Shown: piece after piece, positions 13,496-27,760 of the stretch
How positions within the stretch are numbered: position 1 is the stretch's first letter
How the letters are laid out: each line of letters begins with the position of its first letter
NCBI GenBank assembly: GCA_964016885.1
Contig: OZ024742.1
Location: forward strand, 187,922,001 to 187,986,000
From: Eledone cirrhosa
Taxonomy: Eukaryota
Reading direction: 5' to 3'
Length of the DNA stretch: 64,000 nucleotides
Made by a program: the position numbers and the translations under genes
Notes under the pieces: generated by a model
Told to the model about the DNA's origin: nothing
The model's database searches: none
The model's input: the letters and a program-made list of their open reading frames with translations, nothing else

Positions 13496-13912
13496 AGTGA
13501 CCAACATTCAACTATTGTCATCTAGAAACATAGCCACATATAGCAAAACTCCGTGTGTTCATATAACTGCGTGGGTTTGATATTCTCCTATAATATATAT
13601 GTGGGAGTGAATTTAAGTATTTTCTGAGAAAGGTGAAGGCGTTTACTATCTAGTACCTCTGGACATACCTGAGTCCAGGCGTGAAACACCTAAGACTATT
13701 TAACTAAGGATTGAAGGAGGCAGTTACATTGATAGCTGGTTAAAACTTGGGCAGCGCAAAGAACCGGCTGAAATCTGAAAGCCTATTGTAAAAGAGTATA
13801 TATATACATATAAAAAAGAATGGTGTTTTCGACACTGATGTTTAGAACTACAGATTGTGATATTTTTTCAGCAAACTTTACAAACTTGCATATGTGTACA
13901 TTAGTAACAATA
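13080..13912 (+). repeat. ~100 bp direct duplication (13080-13180 and 13811-13912)
   Basis: taaaaaagatggtgttttcgacactgatg...ttagtaacaata occurs twice with about 2 differences. Confidence 0.95.
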
Positions 13913-14000
13913 CTGCCTTACGTTGAGTACTCTCTATATTATTGCATTACGATTGACCATACGGAATAGACCAGCTCTATACAGTGGTGAACCTCAAACC

Positions 14001-14114
<114 letters not shown>

Positions 14115-14147
14115 TATATACGTATAGGTTTATGTATATATATATAT

Positions 14148-14336
14148 ATAGGAACATGTTTCACCTCGACGGCACAGCTCCAGCCGTTTCGACGGCTATT
14201 TCAGTCTACAAATAGCCGTCGAAACGGCTTCAGCTCTGCCGTCGGGGTTAAACATTTTCCTATTACCCACTCTACTACCCTAAGTATTGAGTACTTTGGT
14301 GCGTTATGGTCCAGCTGATTCCTTACCACACCTCCG

Positions 14337-14338
<2 letters not shown>
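14148..14338 (+). mobile_element. PLE 3' end with fold-back (palindrome 14148-14263) between (AT)n tracts
   Basis: Arms flank the spacer cagtctac. The 3' part (cctattaccca...gagtactttggtgcgttatggtcca) recurs inverted at ~23642-23703. Confidence 0.8.
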
Positions 14339-14417
<79 letters not shown>

Positions 14418-14420
<3 letters not shown>

Positions 14421-15526
14421 TAAATTTCTTCGTTTGGAAGCCTCGACAATGCAGATGGATAAATCTCCGGGTAACAGGATCCGGTGGTAGAGAGAGAGAT
14501 GTAAGTGGGTTTACGTTGAGATGCGTGGCGTGTATAAGACGTGTAGAGGAATGAAGGATAGAGCGAAAAGGATAAAAATTAAAAATAACAACACGAGAGA
14601 GAGTTAATGGGAGAGATTTAATTGTCCCTATATATTTCGGATTCACATCCATCAACTGGGGGTATTTTCCGGGGTGGGGGAAAGGTTGTCTGTCGGAAAG
14701 GTGCGAAACGTGTCCTCCGCTGTTCGTTGTTTTGAATATCTGAGGTATTCAGCAGAGTGCGCGTGCACGTGAAATGGGGTCGGTCAGGCAGAGGTCAGCG
14801 GCCGAAGTAGTCCTTTCAATTGTGGCGAGTGGGGTGGCGCTAGCTGTCAGTCAATTCTCTGCCTGTTTGTTGAATGTTAATGTGTGTGTGTGTGTGTGCG
14901 TTTGTTGCTGTCTCGCTTGTGTGTGTGTGTGCGTGTGTTGCTGCATCGTTGGTTAACTTAAACCAACCACCTCATTTCGCCTCTCTCGGATCGGTTGTTT
15001 AATGGTAGCCCTAGGCGTTTGATCCAAAGTGCTCCCTTAATAGTAACGTGTCGGCGTTTCTTTCTGTCGCTAGAAATGTGACAATGGGCCTTCCGTCTTT
15101 GTTTCCGCATTTGGCTATGTGTTTCCAGAAAGACGAGGCCCTGGTTTTACTGTGTTCCTTGATCCGGATGTGCAACGGCCGGATTGTGCTACCTATATAG
15201 TATTGCTTGCACTTGTTACATTCTATCTGATACATGACATATATGCGTAGCCAACAGTTCGTATGGCGCATCGGGCAGTCTCTGATGGAACACGCGTCAA
15301 TTGATTTCCCGGGTTTCCTGGAGAGACATCTTCGCAGGAAGGGGCCCGAGTGAGCCAGGTGGATGTCGAGGCCCTCCCTACGTGTAGCCTTGCGGATAGC
15401 CTTGCTGGTATTCTCGCCCAGGTGTGGCATTTTAAGGAAGCACTTGCCTTGGGTGCCTCTCTGTCTCTTGTGTCTGGTTTCTCCTACTCTGTCTGTGAGC
15501 GAGGTAGGGTACCCGTTCAATACACT

Positions 15527-15528
<2 letters not shown>
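14418..15528 (-). mobile_element. 5'-truncated Penelope-like retroelement with GIY-YIG endonuclease
   Basis: ORF 15011-15520: NGYP (end of RT thumb), Cys linker, VMYQIECNKCKQYYIGSTIRPLHIRIKEH. Both ends abut (AT)n. Confidence 0.88.
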
Positions 15529-15609
<81 letters not shown>

Positions 15610-15810
15610 GACAAGTATAAATAAATTGAAGTAATTGAAGTAACTATTTATGAGGCTCACATACGTACTTACATTTATACATTGGTAGCAAAGAGGAATC
15701 CCATGATTGATAAATAGAAGAAACACGGTACATCTATTTTACGTAACTATAAATGTCACTACACAGCCTGTTATTACAAAGCGTTACATAAAGTTGTAAC
15801 ATTAAATTTA

Positions 15811-17291
<1,481 letters not shown>

Positions 17292-18201
17292 CTGTGTGCA
17301 TGCGTATTGGGGGGATTATAAAATGAGAAAAATAGAGATTGAGTCATAAACATCAAAGGCAGAGTGGAACATATAATGACATCTTCCAGATCATGAAACT
17401 AAATCGTGTTCAATAAAGCTTCCTACGAGATAACAAAGCTAGTTAGATAACTTTCACTACACGGAAATCTATTATACCTTCTATTATACTATATTTCTGT
17501 ATTACCTCATAGCTTTGTTCTTTCATTCTAATGTAGTCTGTCTTCTTTAATTATACTTCTCTGTGCGCTTTTCATTATCGATGTGGAGGCAACCATAGTT
17601 GTGTAGTTAAAACTTTGCTTCGGAATCATGTCTCTTGTTCAATCTTGTATCTTGCAATTTTGAGCAAGTGTTTTTCTGATATCCTCCAGTCGACTCAGTT
17701 TTGTGTAGGGAATTTTGTGACAGAAATGGTCTAGAAGTACATTGGAATTACGAACCAATAATTCTCAAGGTCAGCCAATTTACATATTTTACCACCCTGA
17801 TCGGCTGAAGTATTTCGTTAAGGATAGAGCTGTCTGTGTAACGGAATCCTTCATTCAGCTATGGAGGCACCATCATCATTTCAATGTACAAAGGCATTGC
17901 TAAGGGATTACTATATTTGCTTCAAAGACAGAGGCTCTGACAAACTGGAGCTCATTGTAACCGCGCGAAATATAAATGTTATTCTATGCGGTTTGTACAT
18001 ATTGTTTTCTTTATTATTGTGATGTGGAATGCATTGCTGGAGCAAAGATGTAAGCGGTCCTTCATTGATCCTTTCCCAAAACCGCGAGAGAGAGATAGAG
18101 AGAGAAATCTGTTACCATTGCTTCAACGGTCCTGACCAGTAAGTCAGCCATAGCCGGAATTTAACTGAAAGTACTGGGAACTAGACTGATATAGGGTAAG
18201 G

Positions 18202-18658
18202 CCGAGGTGAGCAAACTACGGGCCGCGGGCCAAATGCGGCCCGCCAAAGAGTTTGTGCGGCCAGTGGAAGCATTCGGCTAATTAATAAAAAGAACAAAAT
18301 AATAATTTAAAAAATCGTATATAATACTTAAGCCGAGACGTGATTTAGTTACGTTTTTGTTCTAATATGTGTTGTAATGTACAGACTCAAGTTAAAAGAA
18401 ACTTTGTTTTATGAGTTGTAGTGCACCTGAGCACTGTACACAATAATTTCATTATTATTTATTATTATGATTTTTGTATTTAATCATTTTATTAATTCAT
18501 GTATTATAATGACGCAGTTTATATTTTATATTTTCTAAATTCTATCTAAAGAAAAATAAGGTTACTGGCACACTGTATCCAATAATAAATGGTGCGGCTC
18601 TCTGGTGTTCATCACCCAGTCAATGTGACCCACAATCCAAAACATTTGCCCGTCCCTG
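18202..18658. mobile_element. hAT (Charlie-like) non-autonomous element
   Basis: Left end ccgaggtgagcaaactacgggccgcgggccaaatgcggcccgcc; right end tttgcccgtccctg. Flanks gggtaagg / agctaagt are a partial 8-bp TSD. Confidence 0.78.
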
Positions 18659-19004
18659 AGCTAAGTCATTTTATCTAGAGTCACTTAGTTACAGATTAAT
18701 GACCAGTTCAAATGTTTAACATAATCTATGATACATTATAATAAAGGTCCACATGTCTGAACTTCTCCGCTACTTACACGTCAAATTCATGTATCGGACA
18801 TACAAGCGATTAAATATATAAATGTTCATAGTCAATGTCGCCAGGGGACCCCCAATTACAGCTATCGATATAAGAAAATGATGTGTAGGATGAGGAATTA
18901 TAATCATCATCTTTATTATTTAAATCATCAACTACTTTAATGAACGATAAAATATAGTACCAATCACATAATCCCCAAATTGCCGGCTTAAATTAAATAC
19001 CAAT

Positions 19005-19140
19005 ATCATCATCATCATCATCATCATCAACATCATCATTATGCTCATCATCAACATCATCATCATCATTATCACCATCATCAACATCATCATTATCATC
19101 ACCATCGCCATCACCATCACCACCATCACCATAGACATCG
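19005..19140. repeat. Degenerate (CAT)n/(CAC)n microsatellite
   Basis: Direct reading. Confidence 0.9.
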
Positions 19141-19514
19141 TGGTAATCGTCTAAACTATTTTTAACTGGGAAATATTTTTTTCTGTCATTGCGTTTTAAT
19201 TAATAAGAAGCTTGCTATTAAAGAAGTAGAATAGTAATTATAGAGTATATATTGTTATAATGAAAATGTTGACTACGAACAAGGAAGAATGAAATGGATA
19301 TTGAATAGGATTTTCTGTTGGGGTTGGGTGGGTGTCATGGTCAGCAGAGTCGCTATTTTAATGTTGCTCTTATAATACTTGAAACATTAGGTTACTTAAT
19401 ATGTTGCCAAACAAATAAAATAACAAACAGACTCATGAAATTTTAAGTGAAAAGAAATGTTACGACACTGCTTTATGGCTGTATAATGTTGTTAAATTGC
19501 TGTAGATTGGCGAG

Positions 19515-20590
19515 AGAGTGGTGGATTAATGTAATTGTTAGTGCTGGTAAAACACTTTTGGGGAGCATATAATTACAGATCTTTACGATCTGAGTTTAAT
19601 TCCAGCTGAGGTCAACCTTGCTTTTAATCCTTTCATCCTTTCGGGATCGATAAAATAAAGTACCAGTCAAACAATGAAGTCGTTTTAATTGACATACCCC
19701 TCCCCATAAATTGTTCGCTGCTTGATTAAATTAGAATTCACATTAAGGCGGAATAATTTAACCGTCGAACAAGATGCCAACAACAGTAATATTATTTAGT
19801 GTCGAGAGAACAATAACTAGTAATTATGTACATACTTTTATCATATAAGACATGGTTGAGTGGTTAAGATATTTGCTCCGCAGTTATAAGATCCCGGGTT
19901 CGATCACATTATGTTGTATCTTGGGAGAGTTACTTTACCATCGCCTGCGGTCGACTTATGCATTGAAAGGAAAATTAAGTTGCCGCAAAATACATCCAAT
20001 AGATTGTACCTGTAATTCAATGGTCCATTCTTGTTACATATATTATCATGTCATTTCGGTTTGGGATTTCAAGTAAGATAACAAAATCTTATTTGAAACT
20101 GCACAGTTATTGACGACAAAAACATAAATAACCAGAGTAATAATTTTGTCAAGCAATTGTGAATTTTAGCGTTAAAAATCTTAAATTTGTATTATAAATA
20201 AATATATATAAATTAATGGTTTCCGATTTAGGCACAAGACCAACAATTTAGGTGTAGGAAAAATTCAATTAAATCAACTCCAGTTGATTACTTTATTGTA
20301 TAATAAAGTACATTACATGTACTTTATTTTATGGAACCCGAAAACCTGAAACTAAATCTTTAATCCAGGATGTAAATAACCGGAATGAATTCCGCAAAGC
20401 ATTTTCTCCGGCACTCTAACGATTCTGCCAATCCACCGCAATAACAGTTATTGTTATTGTATAGGTCTGATTTCAAATCCCACCGAAGTTAACTTTGCCT
20501 TTCATCCTTACGGGTTCGATAACATAAAGTACCAGTAATGTACTGTATAATTGCTGACCTTGTGCCCAAAGTAGAAACAATTATTATTGT
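19515..20590. mobile_element. Cluster of tRNA-derived SINE copies (19515-19745 +, 19850-19980 +, 20215-20440 -, 20465-20590 +)
   Basis: Shared core ttgcctttcatcctt(t/a)cgggNtcgataa...aagtaccag and B-box-like gagttNaaNtcc. Confidence 0.75.
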
Positions 20591-21076
20591 ATAGGAAACG
20601 ATATGGGAGAGGAGAAATGGCAAAATAATAAACGAATGTCTATTTATTGTGGAAGAAGAAAACGAAGATCGATTTCAGCGTCATCCCCCGTTTAACTGGA
20701 CAGAGACACCGTGCGTACGCACGCACATACCCACAAACACGCTCACAGACACACACATGCACGCGAGCACATGCTCAGACACATATACACATAGGAGCAC
20801 AGAGAAACAGACACACATACACATATTAATGTCCGCACTCATAGAAACTATTACAAAACACACGTACATGTGTGTCCATCAAAATTAGTAAACTACTTAA
20901 ATGTTAATTCATAACTTGGTTGTTCGTTTGATCGAGCTACTGATATCTCATCCTCGATCGATCAATCATTGTGACTTTTATAACTTAATAGAAGGATAGC
21001 TAATATTGTCTACGATTTAATTAGTCGGTAATTTGTTCTTGTGGAAGATACATAGCAGGTGTCTCTATCATTTATA

Positions 21077-21293
21077 CGAGGAGGTGTCAAAAAGTTCCTG
21101 GCTTTGGGAAAAATGAAAATACAGGAGGATCAGTCACTTATGATTTTATTCAAGATATTTAACTCTTAGATGCACATACGTATTGCAACGGTCGTTCAGT
21201 CTTTCTAATACCCGGAAAAGAACTCAGAAGGTGGGATCGCTTACTAGGCCTCTGTAGCAGCGATCAAGCTAGGTAATTTTAAGCTCCCTCTCG
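21077..21293. mobile_element. Mariner-type MITE
   Basis: ta-cgaggaggtgtcaaaaagttcct ... aggtaattttaagctccctctcg-ta: imperfect TIRs with TA TSD. Confidence 0.6.
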
Positions 21294-21405
21294 TAAATAA
21301 CTGACACAATCCTGGAATCTTTGATCCTCTCAACAACCCCAGACACGTAAAAATAGGAATATGTAAACATATATGTATGAACATAAGATAGGGAATAAAG
21401 GTTAA

Positions 21406-21560
21406 TCTATATTATAATATAAAAGAAATATGTTTATTGGGTGGTTGGTTTGACGGTTGAATCACACACATACATCTAAAGAGAGAGACACAGAGGGAGA
21501 GACAGAAATAGAGAGATAGGCTTTTGTTCAGAGAGGAATACAATTAAAGTTCTAGATATT

Positions 21561-21597
<37 letters not shown>

Positions 21598-22136
21598 GGG
21601 GGGGGGGGGGCAACATCCCACAAAAGTCTAGAAACGGCTTAAACTATAGATCCTTTGATCTATAGGAAGGTTTAACAATATTGCGTTAGCTTTTAAAAAG
21701 TCGTTTTACAGTCTTTCATTTTACAGAACAAAGAAAAATTGATGCTACTTGAAATTAATCTACCCTCCAGCTTTTATCCATATACTACTTACAGACCGTA
21801 CTAATGAAGCTAAACACTTCAGAAACAATGGTATGCAGTATATTGCTGTGTTCCAGGTGACATCCTTTGGAGCTGGAAAATATCATACAGACTATGGTTA
21901 TTTCCCAACATTTAAAATCCAAGGCCAATGCTACTATTTAATCGGCAGTTTACTCCCCCAGCCTAATAAGGAAGTTTCATGAGTGTTTTTTATGTCTCTC
22001 ACACACACACGCGCGCACGCACACACACACATTATGGGCACACCTCATATCAGAAAACGCATCCAATACAGTCGTTTTCTCTTTTATCCGTCTTTTTTTA
22101 ACTGTTCTCCCGGGTGAAGCCGGGTACATCAGCTAG
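21406..22136 (+). mobile_element. Internally deleted Helitron
   Basis: 5' a|TCtatattataat; 3' hairpin cccgg-gtgaag-ccggg then CTAG|t. ORF 21749-21982 has the Rep/Hel N-terminal motif KHF...FQVTSFGA...PTFKIQGQCYYLIGSLLP. Confidence 0.9.
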
Positions 22137-23365
22137 TTCTATATAAATGGGGAAAAAGACAAGCAAGTTGTATTACATTCTATATTTCGTATACATATTT
22201 TCTGAGATCAAATCCCTTTACAGTGTCGATAAATTAACGTACCAGTAAGGCACTGGAGTCGATTTAATCGATTTTCCCTTCCCCTAAAACTGTTGGCCTT
22301 GTGCCTACATCAGAAACCATTATTTTATACATATTTATTTCTCATACAAATTTAATATTTTGGCGCTAAAATTCAATAACTAAGTAGTTTTATCGATTTC
22401 TTGTGGTGAATATCGACCTCATTTGGAACCTCTGGTCTAGATTTTCCGAGATCAAATTTCATTCGATAGAGCAAAAGCATATATTTCATTTTAGAAAACA
22501 TTATGGTCGGTCGAACATATTACAATGTACTTGATGCATAGAGATGTTCTATTCATCATCTGTCAGATTATATGTCAAACCTGTTTACTTGAATTTCACA
22601 TTAGCTGTCCTAGCGAAATCCATAAACCGTTGGTTGGATATTATTTTTCTTTAACCTGCCAACAGGTGATATAGCAACATTCGTAATCATTGTAACCAAA
22701 TCTTGAGATAAATCTAAACTGTCTTCGTTTTGATCTTTTACGACATGTTGGGAGTCTGATTTTGTAGAAAAAAAACGGATTATCTCAAGAAAAGATTTAT
22801 GTTTCATCGTAGTGAATATATACAAATACGCAAAAGGAAACGCATTTGATCAGCTTGCGAAAACGTAAATAGCATGGTTATGCACATATTTCTGTCTCTC
22901 TCTCCATCCGTATTTCCCTCTCCATCGGCACACACGCATAATGACCAACTTTGTATTAGCTAGCGCGAGTATTGAGTACTTGATATCAGAGATTAATACT
23001 TTAAGGCAGGTCCGGTGGCCCGTTACATATATAATCTTTCTGAGGAACCTATATCAGGCAGAGCAAACTCATGTTTAATATACACTAATATATGTGTACC
23101 ATATATAGGCTTTAAAGAAAATAACCAGGTTTACTCAATTCAAAATATTTGGCTATTTTCTTGAAAGCCCATTTATGCTCTCTTATACTGTGTATATTCA
23201 ACTGTTTGGCTTTTAACCCATGGACTGTAACCTTGTATTCAGTTGACCTTCCCGATTAATTATGGTAACACACTCAGCTTCAATTCATCTTGATAAAGAA
23301 AACTCAAGTGGAAATCTCTATTTATAAAAAAAAACCTTTTGTGTATGCATGTATGTATTATATAC

Positions 23366-23415
<50 letters not shown>

Positions 23416-23423
23416 GTATATCT

Positions 23424-23610
23424 CGGTGGATTGGCAGTATCGGTAGAGGGTTGGACGCCATGCTTTCCAGCATAGTTACGTCCCTTTACGATCTCAGTTC
23501 AAATCCCGCCGAGGTTGACTTTGCCTTTCATCCTTACGGGGTCGCTAAAATAAAGTACCAGTAATGCACTTGGTATTTGCTGGCCTTGTGCCTAAAGTAG
23601 AAACAATTAT
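23424..23610 (+). mobile_element. Near full-length tRNA-derived SINE (reference copy of the dominant family)
   Basis: A-box-like tggcagtatcggtag, B-box-like agttcaaatccc, core gcctttcatccttacggggtcgctaaaataaagtaccag, tail agaaacaattat. Confidence 0.85.
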
Positions 23611-23759
23611 ATATATATATATATATGAATGTACAAAGAAAGTGTGGTAAGATACCAGGTGGACCATAACGCACCAGAGTACTCGATGCTGTGGGTAATA
23701 GGAACAGTGTCACTGTTTTCCTATATGTATGTATACATATTCTGTCTTCCTCTCAGCCT

Positions 23760-24200
23760 ACTATACATTACCTAGCCAAGATTAAAAACGATAGCAAGAA
23801 TAAGAAACGTGCAGACAGCTCGCCCTTATAACATTACCCTAGATAACGACCTTGACCGACCTGCACTAGTACAATGTAATTGCAGACAACCCAATAAGTG
23901 TCACTTATCAGGTAGATGCATGAATAACATCGTATACCAATGTAAAATTACAACAAGCCTAGAAACATACAAACATGTGGGGACCACATCTTACTTTTTA
24001 AAGAAAATATGGTATGATGACACCCACTTTATTAAAAATCCAGAGTTTCGCAAATGTACCGGGTTATCTAAATTATATGGGATTCAAAGCAGGAAAAAGT
24101 GGAGTCCGCACTGATGTGGTCACTTCTACGCTTTTCCCACAACTATCGACGTGAAATAAAGCATTGCGATGTTTGTGCCATCGAAGTATTAGAAATTATG
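23760..24200 (+). mobile_element. PLE GIY-YIG endonuclease fragment (Naiad-like Cys pattern), frameshifted
   Basis: CNCRQPNKCHLSGRCMNNIVYQCKI...HVGTT, then after a frameshift IWDSK...MWSLL...HCDVCAIE. Confidence 0.8.
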
Positions 24201-24259
24201 TATCTATATCTGTGTATCTATTTGTGTCAAATAGATTGGAATTAAATGCGCATGCCGCT

Positions 24260-25800
24260 GAACTTCATCTAACATTCCCATCTCCCTCGATGAATAAAAT
24301 AGCCAAACAAGTTGGACAAAACTCCTTTATTACTAGGTTTTTCTTCTTAACTCACCTTCTGTCTATTGCAAATTTTAATCTTGTGGTTGTTTGAAAATTT
24401 CTTCTTTCTCTGGTCATTGTTTTGTGTCAATAATAGCTGTTCAGAACAAAATTTTTTTTTTTTTATTATCTTGTATCTTTTTCCAGCATTCTTACCTAAT
24501 CTTGTAAGATATTATATATTGGATATTTTTTCAGGAAAGGCGATCAACCTCCTTGGATGTAGAGATGAAGAGGCTTAATCTAATGTTATCAAAAAGATTT
24601 TTAGAAGGGGCACAGAGGAGGTTAGAATTACCCAATTTCTGAAGAAACATTGTTGAATATAATTCATTTATAGCATTACCATATTTTTAATATCGGACTG
24701 TTTGTGATTGTCAATTAAGTTTGAGAATTACCATAAATCTGGAGGGATTTCATATTATATCGAACTTCCTTATTATTCGGCAATAACTTAACAAAAACTC
24801 CTTATATAAAGTTACGTGGAATGTTTTTACATTGATAGAACGCTATAGAACAAACACTATTTCATATTGTTGAACCAGGGCAATTCTGTGGTGTTTCGTA
24901 TCAAGCAGGTTAATCATTATTTGAAAGGACAGATGTGATTAATTTCTGTAGAGTTTCATTACGTAGTCATCTCCAATGGATCAGTAAATTTCGCGATAAA
25001 CTGCTGAATCTTCTTTGTTTATATATCCTTTTATTTCATCCTCTCACTTTGATATATCATATATTTCCGTGCAATATTCCTTTTCTATATGATTATGCTC
25101 ATGATCTCGAATATGATGATTTTATCTGCACTGTTTTTCCTGGAGAAGTTTTTTGGTGATTTTTTTTTTCAAATAAATGAGAGTGAATGGAAAATGCTCA
25201 CAACATTTTCCTTGATTTTAACAGGCAAGTTTATTGGCTTTACTATCTATTCCCTTCATATTGCTAATATTTTATTTCCCTAAGAATCGATTTATTTTGC
25301 ACCGAGTTTCTATTTAGCTGAGTAAAGATAGTCTTCTCATTTGTATATTCTTTATTTTGTACGCAATATTTAGTGAGCTAAAGGTAGTTGCTCCATTAGG
25401 TTCCTAAACAGTTTCCCATAATCATTTTATATAGCCTATTCAAATTAGGGTGTACTTCATGTATGAGAAAAATGTATTGAGGTACATGGCTGTGTTTGGC
25501 TATTATTGTCAGTGAAATCGAAGTTAATGCAGCGTTAACAGGTGATTCGCTTCATCCAATTTGATTGATTTTGTCGTAATTAGATCGTTTTTTTCACTTC
25601 ATTGATTATATTAAACTTCCATCTCCAATAACCATGCCCATTTGTTGTGTCGTGTGCAATAATTTTGTTAGTTGTTAATGTTTATATGTGTTTCTTTAGG
25701 TGTCTATTCGATGCTCAGATATTTTAAATTCCTGTTACTGTCAGTATCATGTATAATTATCAATCTCTTTTGTGTATATTCAGACCAATTCTTCCTGGTA
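24260..25800 (-). mobile_element. Possible ancient L1/Tx1-like LINE ORF2 relic
   Basis: Minus-strand peptides NGHGYWRWKFN (~25611-25645, like GxGYWKFN) and FCPTCLAILFIE (~24286-24322, like GCPLSPLLF). A-rich sense strand; many stops. Confidence 0.3.
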
Positions 25801-26125
25801 ATGTTTCATTTATATTTCTCACTACAAGTTTGGTAGATTATGAATATTGTATAGTTTATCAAGAAGTAGCACAAATGTAAGTACTTCGATGAAATTGTCT
25901 CGTAAATCTAGACAGTTCACCATTAGAGCCACATTTCCAGATCGAAAAGTGCACACACTCTCGCTCTCTCTCATTCTGTAGATGCGTACACACACACAGG
26001 CACACACACATACACGCACACACACACACATATATATATATAAATTATAATTTTATTACTCACCCTAGCGCAGCTGATACATAAATGTAGTTATACACAC
26101 ACACAAACATATATATATATATATA

Positions 26126-26410
26126 TGATGGCTGCCCCTCGTTATCGAGTATGGCCATTGCACGATATACCATTATTAATAATTATTAATTAATTCTATC
26201 GTGAAGGAAAGACTGTGCACTGAGCCAATCCCACTCTCTGAGCGACAGTAGCTATAACCCGAAAGAAAGAAAAGATCAACATCATCGGTAACTACTGAGC
26301 CGCAGGTTTTATATCGGAGTTATCCCAGTTTCCTGAGTTGCCTTCTGCTAGAAGAATACCCTGACAAAGCTAGGGGTCCTTCACTACCAGTGGTTTAACT
26401 GCGCGGTACA
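26126..26410 (-). mobile_element. Short non-autonomous RTE derivative (5'-UTR-like head plus RTE 3' tail)
   Basis: The 28-nt tcgtgcaatggccatactcgataacgag is identical to 42908-42935. The head ctagctttgtcagggtattcttctagcagaaggcaactc...ataaaacc resembles RTE 5' UTRs. It ends in (AT)n. Confidence 0.7.
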
Positions 26411-26761
26411 TGTGTATATATACATATTTACACACTTTTGTGTGTGTATATATATATATATATATATAAAGAATTAGTATATCTACTAACATATATATAC
26501 AGATGCATCCCTATGCTAGCAAATATATAGGTTTTGTCTTAGTAACTTTGTGGTCCAATGCATGGGGATGCAGAAAAATAATATGAGAGACGTAAAATAA
26601 GAAAGGCTTCTCAGTACGTTTCTTCGGAAACTATGTTTATTCCCTTTTAGAAACTAATTAGTTGGAGTGAAATTTTAGTAAGTAAGTTAATTTTTATAAT
26701 TTTCTTATTTTACGTCTCTCATATATATATATATATATATACACATACATCGAACTTTAAT

Positions 26762-27188
26762 GATAATGCTCGATTCGTTTGTAAACAAACGGCCCGATTT
26801 GAGGTTGTGCCGTGCCAGTGACCTATCATCACGTATTTGTTCAACACTGGCTTTGAGGAAAAATCACCATGTTTTCTGGATCATTACCCTTCACCGGGAC
26901 TGTATACTTCTAGGGTGAGAAATAAAATTTTAATTATATTTTTAATATTCAGCAAGGCCAGCCGTAACTCTCTCAGTATTCAAACGAGGCTACTCAGCCG
27001 AGGTGTACTATATATTTTCAACCGTCCAACAGACTGGCAGAGGTATAGAGTTCTGGTAAAGGGTAATGACCCAGAAACATGTTGATTGTTCCTCAAAGCC
27101 AGTGTTGATCACATAGGTGACGATCAGTCATCGGCACGGCACAGCTTCATATCTAGCCGTTTGTTTACAGACGAATTGAGCATTATTC
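26762..27188. mobile_element. Fold-back element A: ~150 bp diverged arms around a ~125 bp core
   Basis: Arm pairs: ataatgctcgattcgtttgtaaacaaacggc / gccgtttgtttacagacgaattgagcattat; tcaacactggctttgagga / tcctcaaagccagtgttga; tcattaccctt / aagggtaatga. Confidence 0.85.
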
Positions 27189-27206
27189 GATATAACCCAT
27201 ACGTAC

Positions 27207-27257
<51 letters not shown>

Positions 27258-27342
27258 GGGGGGTGTATGTGCGTGTGTACGTGTGCATGCTCATATATAT
27301 ATATGTGTGTGTTTGTACGTATGCATACTTACATATATATAT

Positions 27343-27760
27343 ATATAAGTATGTATACGTACATACATATATGCATACAGACCTACAGTAGTATGGATAT
27401 ATATACATACATGCACACATATATATATGTACGTATGGATTTACCGAATATTTATTATAATGCTCGGTTTGTTTGTAAACAAACATCCCGAATTATCATC
27501 TGGCAGGAAGGTATACGTGCTGATGGTAGCTAATAAGCTTGAAACTAGTACATCGTACCTATGTCAGTGTTGAACAAAAGGTCAACGATGGTTGCTAAAC
27601 ACTGTACGGCTTAATTCGGGATGTTTGTTTACAAACAAACCGAGCATTATAATAAATGTTCGGTAAATCCATACGTACATTTATATATGTGTGCATGTAT
27701 GTATATATATACATACTTCTGTACGTCTGTATGCATACATGTATGTATACATACTTATAT
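27343..27760. mobile_element. Fold-back element B: ~150 bp arms related to A, with a hammerhead-like core
   Basis: Arms 27343-27495 and 27612-27760. Core 27517-27553 reads gtg-CTGATGG-t-agct-aata-agct-t-GAAA-ctag-ta-cat. Confidence 0.85.

Noticed and set aside
22610-22825. 71-aa non-repetitive ORF as a host exon
   Set aside because: No recognisable motif or convincing splice sites; the length is expected by chance.
23424-23512. tRNA gene
   Set aside because: A/B boxes are present, but they run into the SINE core and tail, and I found no cloverleaf.
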